The notes below the pieces were generated by a model that did not search any database, had not been told where the DNA came from, and was given only the letters and a program-made list of their open reading frames with translations. 64,000 bases of DNA, taken from contig CAVTRY010000011.1 in the NCBI GenBank assembly GCA_963737265.1, positions 608,001 through 672,000 of the forward strand, read 5' to 3'. This document shows positions 23,985 to 35,421 of the stretch, one piece after another (the stretch's first letter is position 1; every line of letters starts with the position of its first letter). This DNA is from an uncultured delta proteobacterium. GTDB taxonomy: Bacteria > Myxococcota_A > Polyangia > Fen-1088. The translations under genes and the position numbers were made by a program.

Positions 23985-24890
23985 ATGCTGACCTGTTTTC
24001 AGTGCGGTGGCGTAGTGGCTGACGGTACTGCCTTCTGTCAGCGGTGTGGTGCATCCGTGGGTGGCGCCACCGGCGGGGGATCGGCGCTGATCTGCTCGGG
24101 TTGCGGCAACCGCAATCCCATGGACACCAATTTCTGTTTCGCCTGCGGTCGGCGTCTCGGTCACACCACGCCCATGAGTGCGGACGCGTCGGCGGCGCTG
24201 GCCGCGGCCGTCGTCGCGCGTCCGTCGCTGGCGGCCGCCACGCGAACCACCGGCGCGCACCTGGTTGCAGTACGCCGCGACGGCAGCGACGGCGAGTCGT
24301 ACGCCCTGGTGGGCGAGCAAATCGACATCGGCCGGACCGAGGGCGACCTGCGTTTCGACGATGCCCACCTGGCCGAGCGGCACGCCCGCGTTTCCTTGCG
24401 CGCCGGCCAGTACGTCATCACGCCCCTTGAAACCCGCAACGGCGTCTACATTCGCATCACCGGTCCAGTCGAGCTGCAGGATGGCAGCTGCATCCTTGTC
24501 GGCAAGCAGGTGCTGCGTTTCGAAACGGTTCCGGACGCCGAGAAGACCGTCCGCCCCGCGGTCGAGCACGGCATGATTCTCTTCGGGACGCCGCTCAAGT
24601 CGCCATGGGGCCGACTGCGCCAGCTGACCTCGGCGGGGACCAGCCGGGACGTCTATCACCTCACCCGCAGCGATCTCATTCTTGGGCGCGAGCAGGGCGA
24701 CATCGTGTTCTGCGACGACGAGTTCATGTCGCGACGCCACGCCCTCCTTCAGTTTCGCGGCAACCGGGCGATGATTTCCGACCAAGGTAGTTCCAATGGC
24801 ACCTACGTTCGATTGACCGGACAGCACCCCCTCGACCCAGGCCAAATGATCCGACTCGGCGATGAGCTCTTGCGCTTCGAGCCAGGTTAG
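23985..24890 (+). CDS. Double zinc-ribbon protein with two FHA domains
   Basis: Four CxxC pairs at the N-terminus; FHA motifs IGR...ERHA...RNG and LGR...SRRHA...SSNGTY. Confidence 0.9.
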   Translation: MLTCFQCGGVVADGTAFCQRCGASVGGATGGGSALICSGCGNRNPMDTNFCFACGRRLGHTTPMSADASAALAAAVVARPSLAAATRTTGAHLVAVRRDGSDGESYALVGEQIDIGRTEGDLRFDDAHLAERHARVSLRAGQYVITPLETRNGVYIRITGPVELQDGSCILVGKQVLRFETVPDAEKTVRPAVEHGMILFGTPLKSPWGRLRQLTSAGTSRDVYHLTRSDLILGREQGDIVFCDDEFMSRRHALLQFRGNRAMISDQGSSNGTYVRLTGQHPLDPGQMIRLGDELLRFEPG

Positions 24891-24943
24891 GGCGAAGCTG
24901 TTGTCACACACACCGAACACCACGACAAGTAACAGCTAGCGGG

Positions 24944-26182
24944 ATGGAAAACTCCTCGGACATCAAGATCGCAGTGTTCGGCAAGACCGACGTCGGCCTC
25001 ATTCGCGAGCACAACGAGGACAACTTCCTTGTCGCCGATGTGGACACCGGGCTGCGAACCTCGTCGCTCGACGAGGTTGTGCAATTCACCCTCGGTCCCA
25101 AGGGCGCGCTTTTCCTCGTCTGCGATGGCATGGGCGGCGCTGCCGCAGGCGAGGTCGCCTCCACCATGGCCGTCGACTCCATCTCCAGCGCGATGGAGTC
25201 AGGCGAGGTAACCACGCGCGAGCGCTACGCCAGGTGTCTACGGCGGGCCATCGAGCGCGCCAACGAAAGGATCAATGCGCAGTCGCGCCTCAACCAAAAC
25301 GAACGTGGCATGGGCACCACATGCACCGCAGTCGGGCTGGTGGACCGCACGCTTCTCGTAGGCCAGATCGGGGACTCGCGTTGTTACGTCCTGCGCTCCG
25401 GCCAGCTGGCCCAGATCACCAAGGACCAGTCGCTGGCCTGGCAACTGATCGAAGCCGGAGCCATGACCGCCGAGGAAGCCAAGAGCTTTGAACACGCGAA
25501 CATCATCCTGCAAGCTTTGGGCGTGCAGGATAAGGTGGATGTCGTGCTGTCCCACGTGCCGATTTGCCGTGGCGATGTGGTGCTGGTTTCGTCCGATGGG
25601 CTGCACGGTCCGGTTGCTGACGACGAAATGAGAGACATCCTGATGGCGGAGCCGGACCTCAAGAAGGCCTGCGACGCGCTTATCGCCAAGGCACTCGACC
25701 GCGAGGGCCCCGACAACATCACCGTGGTCTTGGCGCGCTTCAACGGCGAAGGACTTCCCGAGCCGGAGCCGGGGACCGCGGTTGCCTTCGCGTCCTTCGA
25801 TCCGGGACTCGACCCCGACGATCCCGAACCGCCCAGAAGAACGATTCCTCTCACCGGCGACAAGGTTACCGAAGAGGTGCCGATTCGCCCCGATTCCCTG
25901 GACTCCACAAGTCCAGGTGCCATGCCCACCACCTTGGTGAATCCCAGCGCCTCCACACCGAGCACCACGACCGAGACCAAAACCGCGGGCGAGGCGACCT
26001 CGCGCCCCTTCCTGACCTTCGTGCTCGTGACTCTGCTTGCCGCCTTGGGCGGTGCACTGTTCCTGGCATTTCAGGAGACGAATCTGCCCGATCTCCCCTC
26101 GGCCCCCGCGCCGCGCACCAGCCCGTCCCCCGATCCCGCCCCGCCGTCAACCCCATCCCTCAATCGGCCCGATGCCCATTAA
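24944..26182 (+). CDS. PP2C-family Ser/Thr phosphatase with C-terminal TM helix
   Basis: REHNED, VCDGMGG, MGTT, IGDSRCY, SDGLHG, DNITV motifs. Confidence 0.93.
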   Translation: MENSSDIKIAVFGKTDVGLIREHNEDNFLVADVDTGLRTSSLDEVVQFTLGPKGALFLVCDGMGGAAAGEVASTMAVDSISSAMESGEVTTRERYARCLRRAIERANERINAQSRLNQNERGMGTTCTAVGLVDRTLLVGQIGDSRCYVLRSGQLAQITKDQSLAWQLIEAGAMTAEEAKSFEHANIILQALGVQDKVDVVLSHVPICRGDVVLVSSDGLHGPVADDEMRDILMAEPDLKKACDALIAKALDREGPDNITVVLARFNGEGLPEPEPGTAVAFASFDPGLDPDDPEPPRRTIPLTGDKVTEEVPIRPDSLDSTSPGAMPTTLVNPSASTPSTTTETKTAGEATSRPFLTFVLVTLLAALGGALFLAFQETNLPDLPSAPAPRTSPSPDPAPPSTPSLNRPDAH

Positions 26183-26192
26183 CCGATAGCCC

Positions 26193-27449
<1,257 letters not shown>

Positions 27450-27450
27450 C

Positions 27451-27786
27451 GGCACGCACTGTTCGGGCGGATTCAGTTTTGGCGGTGCTGGCGGCAACCC
27501 GGGCAGCTACACGGGCGTACCAGGGGCGGCCGGAGGCATGTACGCGGCGCCGGGCGGATTCAGTTTTGGCGGCGCCGGCGGCTCCGGGGGAATAAGGGGG
27601 ACGGGCGGAACCCTTTACGCCGCGGGCGGATTCAAAGATGCCGGCTCGTCAGGTGGCGGCGGCGCCATCGATTCCGGGTCGGCGGATGTGAGTGAGAGCG
27701 AGTCCGGCGTGAGCGCAGATGCGCCTATTTTCGAGGCAGGTGCTGCCTCGACGGAGGGCTCCCCCGATGGAAAAGCGGATCGGTAG
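27451..27786 (+). pseudogene. 5'-truncated Gly-rich repeat protein, candidate radical SAM substrate
   Basis: Open frame without its own start: CSGGFSFGGAGG..YTGVP..MYAAPGGFSFGGAGG..LYAAGGFKDAG; internal DNA repeat GGGCGGATTCAGTTTTGGCGG present twice. Confidence 0.6.
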
Positions 27787-27845
27787 CCGATGGCTCCCGG
27801 CAATGCAGCAGCTCGGTCCGGTCGTGGGCCCGGAAGCACACGTGC

Positions 27846-28987
27846 ATGATTGAGGTCCTGGAGCAAGTCGGATTCTTCCCTCACACGTGTGTGTGGGAAT
27901 TGACCCTGGGGTGCAATCTGCGGTGCAAGCACTGCGGTTCCATCGCCGGCAGCCAGCGTTCGGCCGAGCTTTCGCTCGATGAGTGCCTCCGCGTGGCCGG
28001 CGAGCTGGTGGCGCTGGGGTGTCAACACATCACCTTGATTGGCGGCGAGGTAATCCTGTACCCAGGCTGGCACGAGGTGGGCAGACGACTGGTCGAGCTG
28101 GGAGCGCAGGTCAACAGGATCTCGAACGGTATGACCTGGTCACCCAAGCATGTCGAGCAAGCCAAGGCCGCCGGCTTCTGCGCGGTGTCTTTCAGTGTGG
28201 ACGGTTTCGAGAAAGAGCATGACGAGGTCCGGTCGCCGGGATCGTTCCAGCGGGTGGTGCGGGCCATCGACATGACCGTGGCGGCTGGCATGCGGACCGC
28301 GGTGAACACGACCATCAACCGGCTTAATTGCGGCCTACTTCCGCGGCTGCGGAAGTTCTTGTGGACCGAGGGGTTTCCGCCTGGCAGGTCCAGCTAGTCA
28401 CCGCGGCGGGGAATATGGGACAGCACCATGAGCTGCTCTTGCCGTCGGAATACCTGTTGTGGCTGGTGCCTCAGATCGCTGAGATGTGCCGGATCCTTTG
28501 CCCAGAGTTCGAGATCTACGTCGGCCACAACATCGGATACTTCGGCAATCCCGAATCGGCACTCCGCGCTGCAGACGTTGCGCTGCCTTTCTGGCTCGGC
28601 TGCCGAGCCGGTTGCCAGGCGATCGGGATCGAAAGCGGCGGGGACGTCAAGGGCTGTCTATCCTTGCCCTCGTCGGCGCACGGCGAGAGCCGGTTCGTCG
28701 AAGGCAACCTGAGAGCGAAGAGCCTGCGCGACATCTGGAATCGCCCGGAGGCTTTCGCCTACAACCGACGCTGGAAAGTAGATCAGCTGGGTGGATTCTG
28801 TCGGGTCTGCCGCTTTCGCGATGTGTGTCGCAGCGGTTGCAGCTGGGGTACCTGGGCTCAGGGAGGAGGCGGAAACGAGCATTGCTTCTACTACCAGGCC
28901 GTCAAGCACAAGCGCTTCGCTCTGCTCGCCGAGGAGCCGACCGCGGCAGAGACCGCCTACTTCGCCGGACATCGTGAGCCCGGTTGA
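27846..28987 (+). pseudogene. Radical SAM/SPASM protein, frameshifted near 28355
   Basis: CNLRCKHC and GGE in the first frame; SPASM cysteines CRAG..GDVKGC..CRVC..C.SGC..C in the second; the frames join at RKF/LVDRG. Confidence 0.88.
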
Positions 28988-29040
28988 GGCGCCATCGTCG
29001 TAGTGATCGCCGTGGCGATCTACTTGCTTGGCCGATAGCG
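28988..29040 (+). repeat. 53-bp direct repeat, copy 2 (overlaps terC 3' end)
   Basis: Starts immediately after the rSAM stop codon; 48/53 identical to 27399-27451. Confidence 0.9.
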
Positions 29041-29946
29041 CGCGACCAGGGACGCAAAGGTGGCGATGGCCAGCACGCCGAGCACCACGATCAGCGACAA
29101 GGCAACCGGGATGGTCAGGAACGGCCCGAGCACGATCTTGACGCCGATGAAGGCCAGCACGGCGGCGATGCCGTCGTTGAGATAGGCAAGTTTCTGAGCC
29201 AGGCCCGCCACCAAGAAATAGAGCGAGCGCAAGCCCAGGATGGCGAACACGTTGGAGGTCAGCACGATGAAGACATCGGTGGTCACGCCGAAGATGGCCG
29301 GAATCGAATCCACCGCGAAGGTCACGTCCACTGCCTCCACCACGACTAGGACGGCAAGGAGCGGTGTCGCCCAAAGCTTGCCATCGCGCCGAATCGTGAA
29401 ATAGGGCCCGGTATCGTCGTCGGCAACGCGCACGAACCGGCGAAACAGGCGCAACACCGGGTTGCGCGCCGGATCGACGTCCGCATCTTTCTGGAGCACG
29501 ATCTTGACCGCGGCGTAAATGAGAAACGCGCCTAAGCCATAGAGAATCCAGTGAAAGCGACTGATAGCGGCGGCACCGACGGCGATGAATGTCCCGCGCG
29601 TGATGACCGCGCCGAGGATGCCCCAAAAAAGAATTCTGTGCTGAAAGGCGGCGGGAACGCGGAAGTAGGAAAAGATCAGCAAGAAGACGAACAGGTTGTC
29701 CGCCGACAGCGCAAGATCGAGCAGGTATCCCTGCGTGAATTCCAGACCCTTCGCCGTGCCAAAGCGATGAAGGACGAACCCGTTGAAGGCGCCCGCCAGG
29801 ACGAACCAGATGCCCACCCACAGACCCGCCTCGCGCATGCCCAACTCTCGCGCCCGGCGGTGAAAAAGTCCGAGATCCGCGACCAGGGCAGCCAGCACGA
29901 CGAGAGAAAAGATCCCCCACGCCATGGGCGTGCCGACTGAAATCAT
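29020..29946 (-). CDS. TerC/Alx family membrane protein
   Basis: LSADNLFVF, QHRILFWGILGA, FAVDSIPAIF, SNVFAILGLRSLYF. Confidence 0.93.
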   Translation of the reverse strand: MISVGTPMAWGIFSLVVLAALVADLGLFHRRARELGMREAGLWVGIWFVLAGAFNGFVLHRFGTAKGLEFTQGYLLDLALSADNLFVFLLIFSYFRVPAAFQHRILFWGILGAVITRGTFIAVGAAAISRFHWILYGLGAFLIYAAVKIVLQKDADVDPARNPVLRLFRRFVRVADDDTGPYFTIRRDGKLWATPLLAVLVVVEAVDVTFAVDSIPAIFGVTTDVFIVLTSNVFAILGLRSLYFLVAGLAQKLAYLNDGIAAVLAFIGVKIVLGPFLTIPVALSLIVVLGVLAIATFASLVARYRPSK

Positions 29947-30200
29947 GGCGGCGCCTTGGCCGGCAGCTCGATACGGGCCTTGAGCGGGCTGTCCGAGCGT
30001 CGCCCGGGGGGCGCGACCTGGAACGCGCTCGACATCCAGCCCGCGATGACCAGGGTCCGTTGCCTCAAATAGATGATCCCGGAGAGCGCGGCGAGCAGAA
30101 CCACCACGCGGTAGAAGGTCCGCTTGGGCATCGAGGCAAGAATGCCCCGACGTGGAATCTCATCATCTTCGCCAAGCGGCCGATCGTCCTTGGGCTCCAT
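29943..30200 (-). CDS. Small membrane protein, hypothetical
   Basis: Single TM helix; tightly packed between recJ and terC (ATGA overlap). Confidence 0.7.
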   Translation of the reverse strand: MEPKDDRPLGEDDEIPRRGILASMPKRTFYRVVVLLAALSGIIYLRQRTLVIAGWMSSAFQVAPPGRRSDSPLKARIELPAKAPP

Positions 30201-30202
30201 GC

Positions 30203-31903
30203 TCAGGATAGACTTCTCATGAAATGGCGCAAGCGCAAGCGAATCCTGCGCTGACCCCGAAACGCATCCACCTCGGCGATGCCGATAACATCGAGCTTCG
30301 CCCCCTGACCGGGATCCCTGTTCCCCATGCCGAAGGCAATGGCCTCGCTGACCGAACCGCCGTGGGTCAGGGTCAGCTGCAAATGCGACGCTCCGACCAC
30401 GCGTGTGCTCATGGCCACCACGCCCGGCACGACGATGAGCGGCTCGTGGTTGGCGCTGCCGAAGGGACCCAAGCGTTCCAGCTCTTCGGCCTGGATCATG
30501 TCCAGCTCCGCGAGGCTCGCAATCGCGTCGACCTCAACCATGCTCTCGCCTGGGGTCGCCGCGAAGAAGTCATGCGCGACAGCTACAAAGGCCGCGCGGA
30601 AGGCGCCGAGATTTTCCACCGGCAGTGACACCCCGGCAGCCATGGGGTGGCCGCCGAAAACCGTAAGGTGTTTCTCGCATTGGGAGAGGGCCCGGTAGAG
30701 ATCAAATCCCCCAAGCGTACGCGCCGAGCCCCTGCCCTGGCCAGCATCGAAACCAATCACGACCGCCGGTTTGCGGAACTTCTCCACCAGCTTGGCGGCC
30801 ACGATGCCGACAACGCCCTGGTGCCAGCCTTCCTGGCCGAGAACCAGAGCTGGATCGGCGCCATGCTGTTCGGCCATCGCCGCTGCTTCCGACCAGATGC
30901 GCTCTTGAATGTGTTGCCGCTCGCGATTCAAGTCGTCGAGCTTCGTCGCCAGCTTGCCCGCCGTGCTGGCGTCGTCCGCCAGCAGCAGCTCAAACGCGCG
31001 CTGCGCATCTCCCAACCGGCCGGCGGCATTGAGCCGCGGTGCCAGGCGGAAGCTCACATCCTTCGTCCCAAGCGGTCCAGCCTCCAGGTTGGCAATCTCG
31101 GCCAGCGCCGCGATGCCGGGCCGCCGCTTGGCCGAAAGCTCGCGCAGGCCGGCGGCGACCAGAATGCGATTCTCATGGGTCAGCGGCACCAAGTCGGCGA
31201 TAGTCCCGAGCGCCACGAGATCGAGCAACGATCGCGGGTCGAGCACGTCGCCTTTCGGATTCCCATCGGCACGCAGACGGGTACGGATGGCCGCGGCCAA
31301 GTAGAACGCCACCCCGCAGGAGGCCAGGCCTTTGAAGGAAAATCCATCGTCGCCACGATGCGGGTTGAGCAAGGCGAAGGCGTGGCTTGCGCCGGTGGGC
31401 ACGTGGTGATGATCGATGACGATCACGTCGACTCCTCGACCGCGGCAGAGAGCTAGCGATTCATCATCGCTGGTGCCGCAATCGCCGGTCAGAACGAGCG
31501 AACAGCCCTGGTCGACAAACTCAGCCGCGGCACCGGGCGAAAAACCGTAGCCAGAAGCACGCTGTGCCATGCGGGCCACGACTTCGAGCCCAAGCGATCG
31601 CAGCGTGAGCACGAGAATAGCCGCGCTGGTGATGCCGTCCACGTCGTAGTCGCCGAAGACGGCGACCTTTTCTTTCCCTGCCATTGCGCGAAAGATTCGA
31701 TCGATGGCCCGATCCAGATCCGCCATTCCCACTGGCGCCCGCAGGTCAGCCAGGCGGGGGGAAAGAAAGCCGGTCGCGCTCTGGGTGGTGGAAAATCCGC
31801 GGGCGGCCAGAATTCTGGCCGTCAGCCCACGCATCCCCAGATCGGCAGCGATGCCCCGCGCACTGACTTCGTCCGCGGGTCTCACGCGCCAAGCGTCGGC
31901 CAT
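30203..31903 (-). CDS. recJ: Single-stranded DNA exonuclease RecJ
   Basis: GDYDVDG, DCG, DHH, LGTIAD, PRLNAAGRL, GSAR, GGH motifs. Confidence 0.96.
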   Translation of the reverse strand: MADAWRVRPADEVSARGIAADLGMRGLTARILAARGFSTTQSATGFLSPRLADLRAPVGMADLDRAIDRIFRAMAGKEKVAVFGDYDVDGITSAAILVLTLRSLGLEVVARMAQRASGYGFSPGAAAEFVDQGCSLVLTGDCGTSDDESLALCRGRGVDVIVIDHHHVPTGASHAFALLNPHRGDDGFSFKGLASCGVAFYLAAAIRTRLRADGNPKGDVLDPRSLLDLVALGTIADLVPLTHENRILVAAGLRELSAKRRPGIAALAEIANLEAGPLGTKDVSFRLAPRLNAAGRLGDAQRAFELLLADDASTAGKLATKLDDLNRERQHIQERIWSEAAAMAEQHGADPALVLGQEGWHQGVVGIVAAKLVEKFRKPAVVIGFDAGQGRGSARTLGGFDLYRALSQCEKHLTVFGGHPMAAGVSLPVENLGAFRAAFVAVAHDFFAATPGESMVEVDAIASLAELDMIQAEELERLGPFGSANHEPLIVVPGVVAMSTRVVGASHLQLTLTHGGSVSEAIAFGMGNRDPGQGAKLDVIGIAEVDAFRGQRRIRLRLRHFMRSLS

Positions 31904-31916
31904 GGCGGGCCCCGAT

Positions 31917-33179
31917 CTAGGTCTCTGCCGCTTCTTCTTCGTCCCGCCGCGCGGGTCGGCGCACGTTCCGTTCGGGCCGCGAAGCCTGGCGCTTCTGCAG
32001 GGCCACGTACTTCTCGTTCAGCCAAATCAGAATCGGGCTGGCGATGAAGATCGACGAGTAGGTGCCGACGATCACGCCGACGTTCATGGCAAAGGCGAAG
32101 TCGCGAATGACGCCGGTTCCGAAGATGTTCATGGCTAAGGTCACGAAAAACACCGTGGCGCTGGTCAGAATGGTGCGCGAAAGCGTCTCATTGATGGCGT
32201 GGTTGACCACGCGATCGAACTTGCGGTCGCGATACTTGGCCGCGTTCTCGCGGATCCGGTCGAAGACGACGATGGTGTCGCTCATCGAGTAACCTATGAT
32301 GGTCAAAAGCGCCGCCAGCGTGGTGAGCGAGAACTCTTTGTACGTCACCGCAAAGGCGCCCACGGTGATGACAGCGTCGTGAAGCAAGGCCACGATGGTG
32401 CCGGGGCCGTAACGGAAGTCGAAGCGGAAGGCGACGTAGATGACGATGAGCAAAATGGCGCCCAAAAGCGCGCGCACACCGTCGACTTGTAGCTGCTTGC
32501 CGGCCTTGGCGCCCACCGACGAGACCTGCGGAATGGCCTTGACGCTGCCCGCGCCCAGCTTGGCGTCGAGCGCCTTGCGAACCTCGCTGTCCATGCCGAT
32601 CAGGGTCACTTCGTAGGTATTGTCCTGCGGTGGCCCGAAGGTCTGAACCTGCGCCGCCTCGGTGCCGGCGGATTTGAGCGCCGCCGCGATAGCGGTTGGC
32701 TCGACATTCTTGTCAAAGCGGAGATAGACCTTGTCGCCGCCCTCCGAGGACTCGAACTTGTGCAGATTGGCGTCGCCCACGCGGGCGATGCCGGCCTCGA
32801 CCTTCTTGGCCTGCTCGGCCGACAGGACGGAAACCGCGCCGAGCCGAATCATGTACGTGCTCGCGCTTTCCTCGCTGCCGACGCTGCCGTACTTCACCAC
32901 ATCGGCGTTATGCAACCCGGCCGCCGACATGGCCTGCCGCACGTCGGAAGCATTCACGGCCTTGTTGAACTCGACCACGAGCTCGGTGCCGCCGCGAAAG
33001 TCGACGCCCCAGTTGAGCATGTGTCCCCGGTCCTTGAGGACGTAGGCGTTGATGGGAAGCATGAGGAAGGTGAGCAGCACGAGAACAATCGACGAGCCGA
33101 TCCAGTATCTCTGCCGGCCGATGAACTCGATATTGGTTCCCGACTTGATGACTTCGAAGAATTTCTGTTGCGCCGACAT
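31917..33179 (-). CDS. secF: Protein translocase subunit SecF
   Basis: GVDFRGGT, LLHD, IGYSMSDTIVVFDRIREN, GTYSSIFIA. Confidence 0.95.
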   Translation of the reverse strand: MSAQQKFFEVIKSGTNIEFIGRQRYWIGSSIVLVLLTFLMLPINAYVLKDRGHMLNWGVDFRGGTELVVEFNKAVNASDVRQAMSAAGLHNADVVKYGSVGSEESASTYMIRLGAVSVLSAEQAKKVEAGIARVGDANLHKFESSEGGDKVYLRFDKNVEPTAIAAALKSAGTEAAQVQTFGPPQDNTYEVTLIGMDSEVRKALDAKLGAGSVKAIPQVSSVGAKAGKQLQVDGVRALLGAILLIVIYVAFRFDFRYGPGTIVALLHDAVITVGAFAVTYKEFSLTTLAALLTIIGYSMSDTIVVFDRIRENAAKYRDRKFDRVVNHAINETLSRTILTSATVFFVTLAMNIFGTGVIRDFAFAMNVGVIVGTYSSIFIASPILIWLNEKYVALQKRQASRPERNVRRPARRDEEEAAET

Positions 33180-33197
33180 CGGTGAGTCTCCTGACTA

Positions 33198-34983
33198 CTA
33201 AATAGAAAGCGTAGCCTTGACCGTCCCGCGGCGGCTGACCAGCACGTCAAACATCCAGCGCGAGATCCACACCGACGTGAGCAAGTTGGTGACGATACCA
33301 ACCAGCAGCGTAACCGCGAATCCTCGAATGGGACCCGAACCGTAGGAATAGAGCACGATGCCGGCGACGAAGTTGGTGACGTGCGCGTCGAACACGGTCC
33401 AGAAGGCACGCTGAAAGCCAGCGTCCACCGCGGTGCGCGGCGACTTGCCGAGACGCAACTCTTCACGAATGCGTTCGTAGATGACGATGTTCGAGTCCAC
33501 CGCCATACCGATGGTCAGCACTAGCCCCGCGATCCCCGGCAAGGTTAGCGACGCTTCGAATGCCGCCAGGATGGCGATCATGAAAAGCATGTTGAGGGCC
33601 ATAGCGATGTTCGCGATGAACCCGGCCACGCGGTAGTAGATGATCATAAAGAGGATGACCGCCAGCGCGCCGATTCCCATCGAGGTTTTGGCCTTGTCGA
33701 TGGAATCCTGGCCCATGGTCGCGCCGACCTGGGTTTCGAACGACTTCTTGAGCGGCGCCGGCAAGGCACCGGAACGCAACACGCCGACGAGATCCTTGAC
33801 CTCTTGCTGAAGCTTGAACGGATCGCCGTAGCCGCCCATGGTGATGCGCCCGCGTTCGCCGATCTTGGACTCGATGACCGGCGCGCTGGTGATCTTCTCG
33901 TCAAGAACGACGGCCATTTTGCGGCCCACGTTCTCGCCGGTCAGCTTCTCCATCATGTTGGCGCCCTGGCGATTCATGGTGAACGCCACTTCCGGGCGGC
34001 CCATCTCGTCCCAGCTTTCGTCGGCGGCGGACAGGTATTCACCCGTGACGCCCGCGCGCTTCTTGAGCAGATACGTCCGGTAGTAACGGTCGGGCGTGCC
34101 CTCGCTGACTTCGCGCGGGCTCATCAGCTCAAGGCTAATCTCGCGATCGTTGGGAACCGCCAGATCGCCCGACAGCCCGGCGACGAACTTGTTGAGCTCT
34201 TCGCGATCTTTTTCCTTCACGCGCAGATAGACGTCCTCGTGCTGGGCGCCCGAGTGTTTCTCCGTCCACGATTCGGGAGCAACCGTGATCGCGCCGCCCT
34301 TAGGCACGGCGGCGGCAACCTTCTTCATGTAGTCCGAGCCGTCGTCCACGATCTTGAACTCGAGCTGGGCGGTGCGGCCGATGATGTTCTTGATGCGCTC
34401 GAAGTCCGCCGCCTTGAGGCCGGGCAGCTCGACCACGATATCTGTGCCCTTCTTGATGATGGTGGGCTCCGACACGCCGAACTTGTCGACGCGGCCGCGG
34501 ATGGTCTCGATGGCCTGGCGCAACGCCAGCTCCTCGACCTCGGCGACTCGGTCGGCGTCGTAGCGCAGCTTCACGATGCCGGTGCTCACGTCGCGGCTAA
34601 CCAGGTCCAGGTCGCGACGGAAAGGCTTCATGAGCTCGTCGTTCGAGCTTGGCGGCTTCGCCGGGAACCTTGAAGGTAAGGGTGATGTCGTCACGCCCAG
34701 ATCGAACCAGTGAGAAATCGGCGCCCTTCTTCTTCAGTGCATCGTCCACGTCGTTGGCCAGCCGGTCGACCTTGCTCGACACCGCCTTCTCGATGTTGAC
34801 CTCGTAAACGAGATGCAGCCCGCCCTGCAAATCCAGGCCGAGCTGAATGCGCTTCTTGAAGTACTTTTGAAAGAAGGCCGGCAGATTCTTGTCCTCGGTG
34901 ACCACGGTGGGTACCAAGTAAAGAGCGGCCAGGACGATTGCGGCCCCATAGAGGGCAGCCTTCCACCACCACGATCGTTCCAT
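33198..34983 (-). CDS. secD: Protein translocase subunit SecD, apparent 1-bp insertion near 34643
   Basis: N-terminal frame MERSWWWK..LGLDLQGG; C-terminal frame RVDKFGVSEP..LTLPGIAG..GMAVDSN..ERIREE; removing one A from CTC-GAAC-GAC restores KLDDELMK. Confidence 0.92.
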
Positions 34984-35002
34984 CGAGTGTTCCTTGCTTC
35001 GG

Positions 35003-35380
35003 CTACGAGGCCTTGGCCTCAGTCTTGGGCCCATCCGACGTCGGCGTCTTCAGTCGCCCGGTGACAGCACTGCGCTGAACCCGTATGCGCACACCTTCTT
35101 GTACCTGCAGCGTGATCTCGTCGTCTTTGATTCCGGAGATGCGTCCGATCATGCCGCCGGTGGTGACCACCTCGTCCCCTTTTTTGAGATCGGAGAGCAT
35201 GCGCTGCGTTTCCTTCGCGCGTTTGGACTGCGGCCGGATGACCAGCAAATACATCACGCCGAAAATGAGCAGCATGGGGACGAGCATGCCCGTGAGGCCA
35301 CTGCCTCCACCGGACGACTGCCCCTGAGACGTGTTAGCTGCCTGAGCCAAGGAGAATAGAATTTGAGTCACGAGGGCCAA
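35003..35380 (-). CDS. yajC: Preprotein translocase subunit YajC
   Basis: YLLVIRPQ, LKKGDEVVTTGGMIG; upstream of secD. Confidence 0.95.
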   Translation of the reverse strand: MALVTQILFSLAQAANTSQGQSSGGGSGLTGMLVPMLLIFGVMYLLVIRPQSKRAKETQRMLSDLKKGDEVVTTGGMIGRISGIKDDEITLQVQEGVRIRVQRSAVTGRLKTPTSDGPKTEAKAS

Positions 35381-35421
35381 CGATTAGCAGAGGGGCGATC
35401 CGGGGTCAAGCAAGGAACCTG

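Noticed and set aside
24902-24907. TGTCAC upstream of the PP2C gene as a Pho box
   Set aside because: Single half-site with no partner at 11 bp.
27464-27635. Short direct repeats with spacers as a possible CRISPR array
   Set aside because: Only two full copies and one partial, in frame with a Gly-rich peptide, with unequal spacing and no cas genes.
34630-34650. Programmed frameshift in secD
   Set aside because: No slippery run or SD-stop signal and no precedent known to me; an indel error is more likely.
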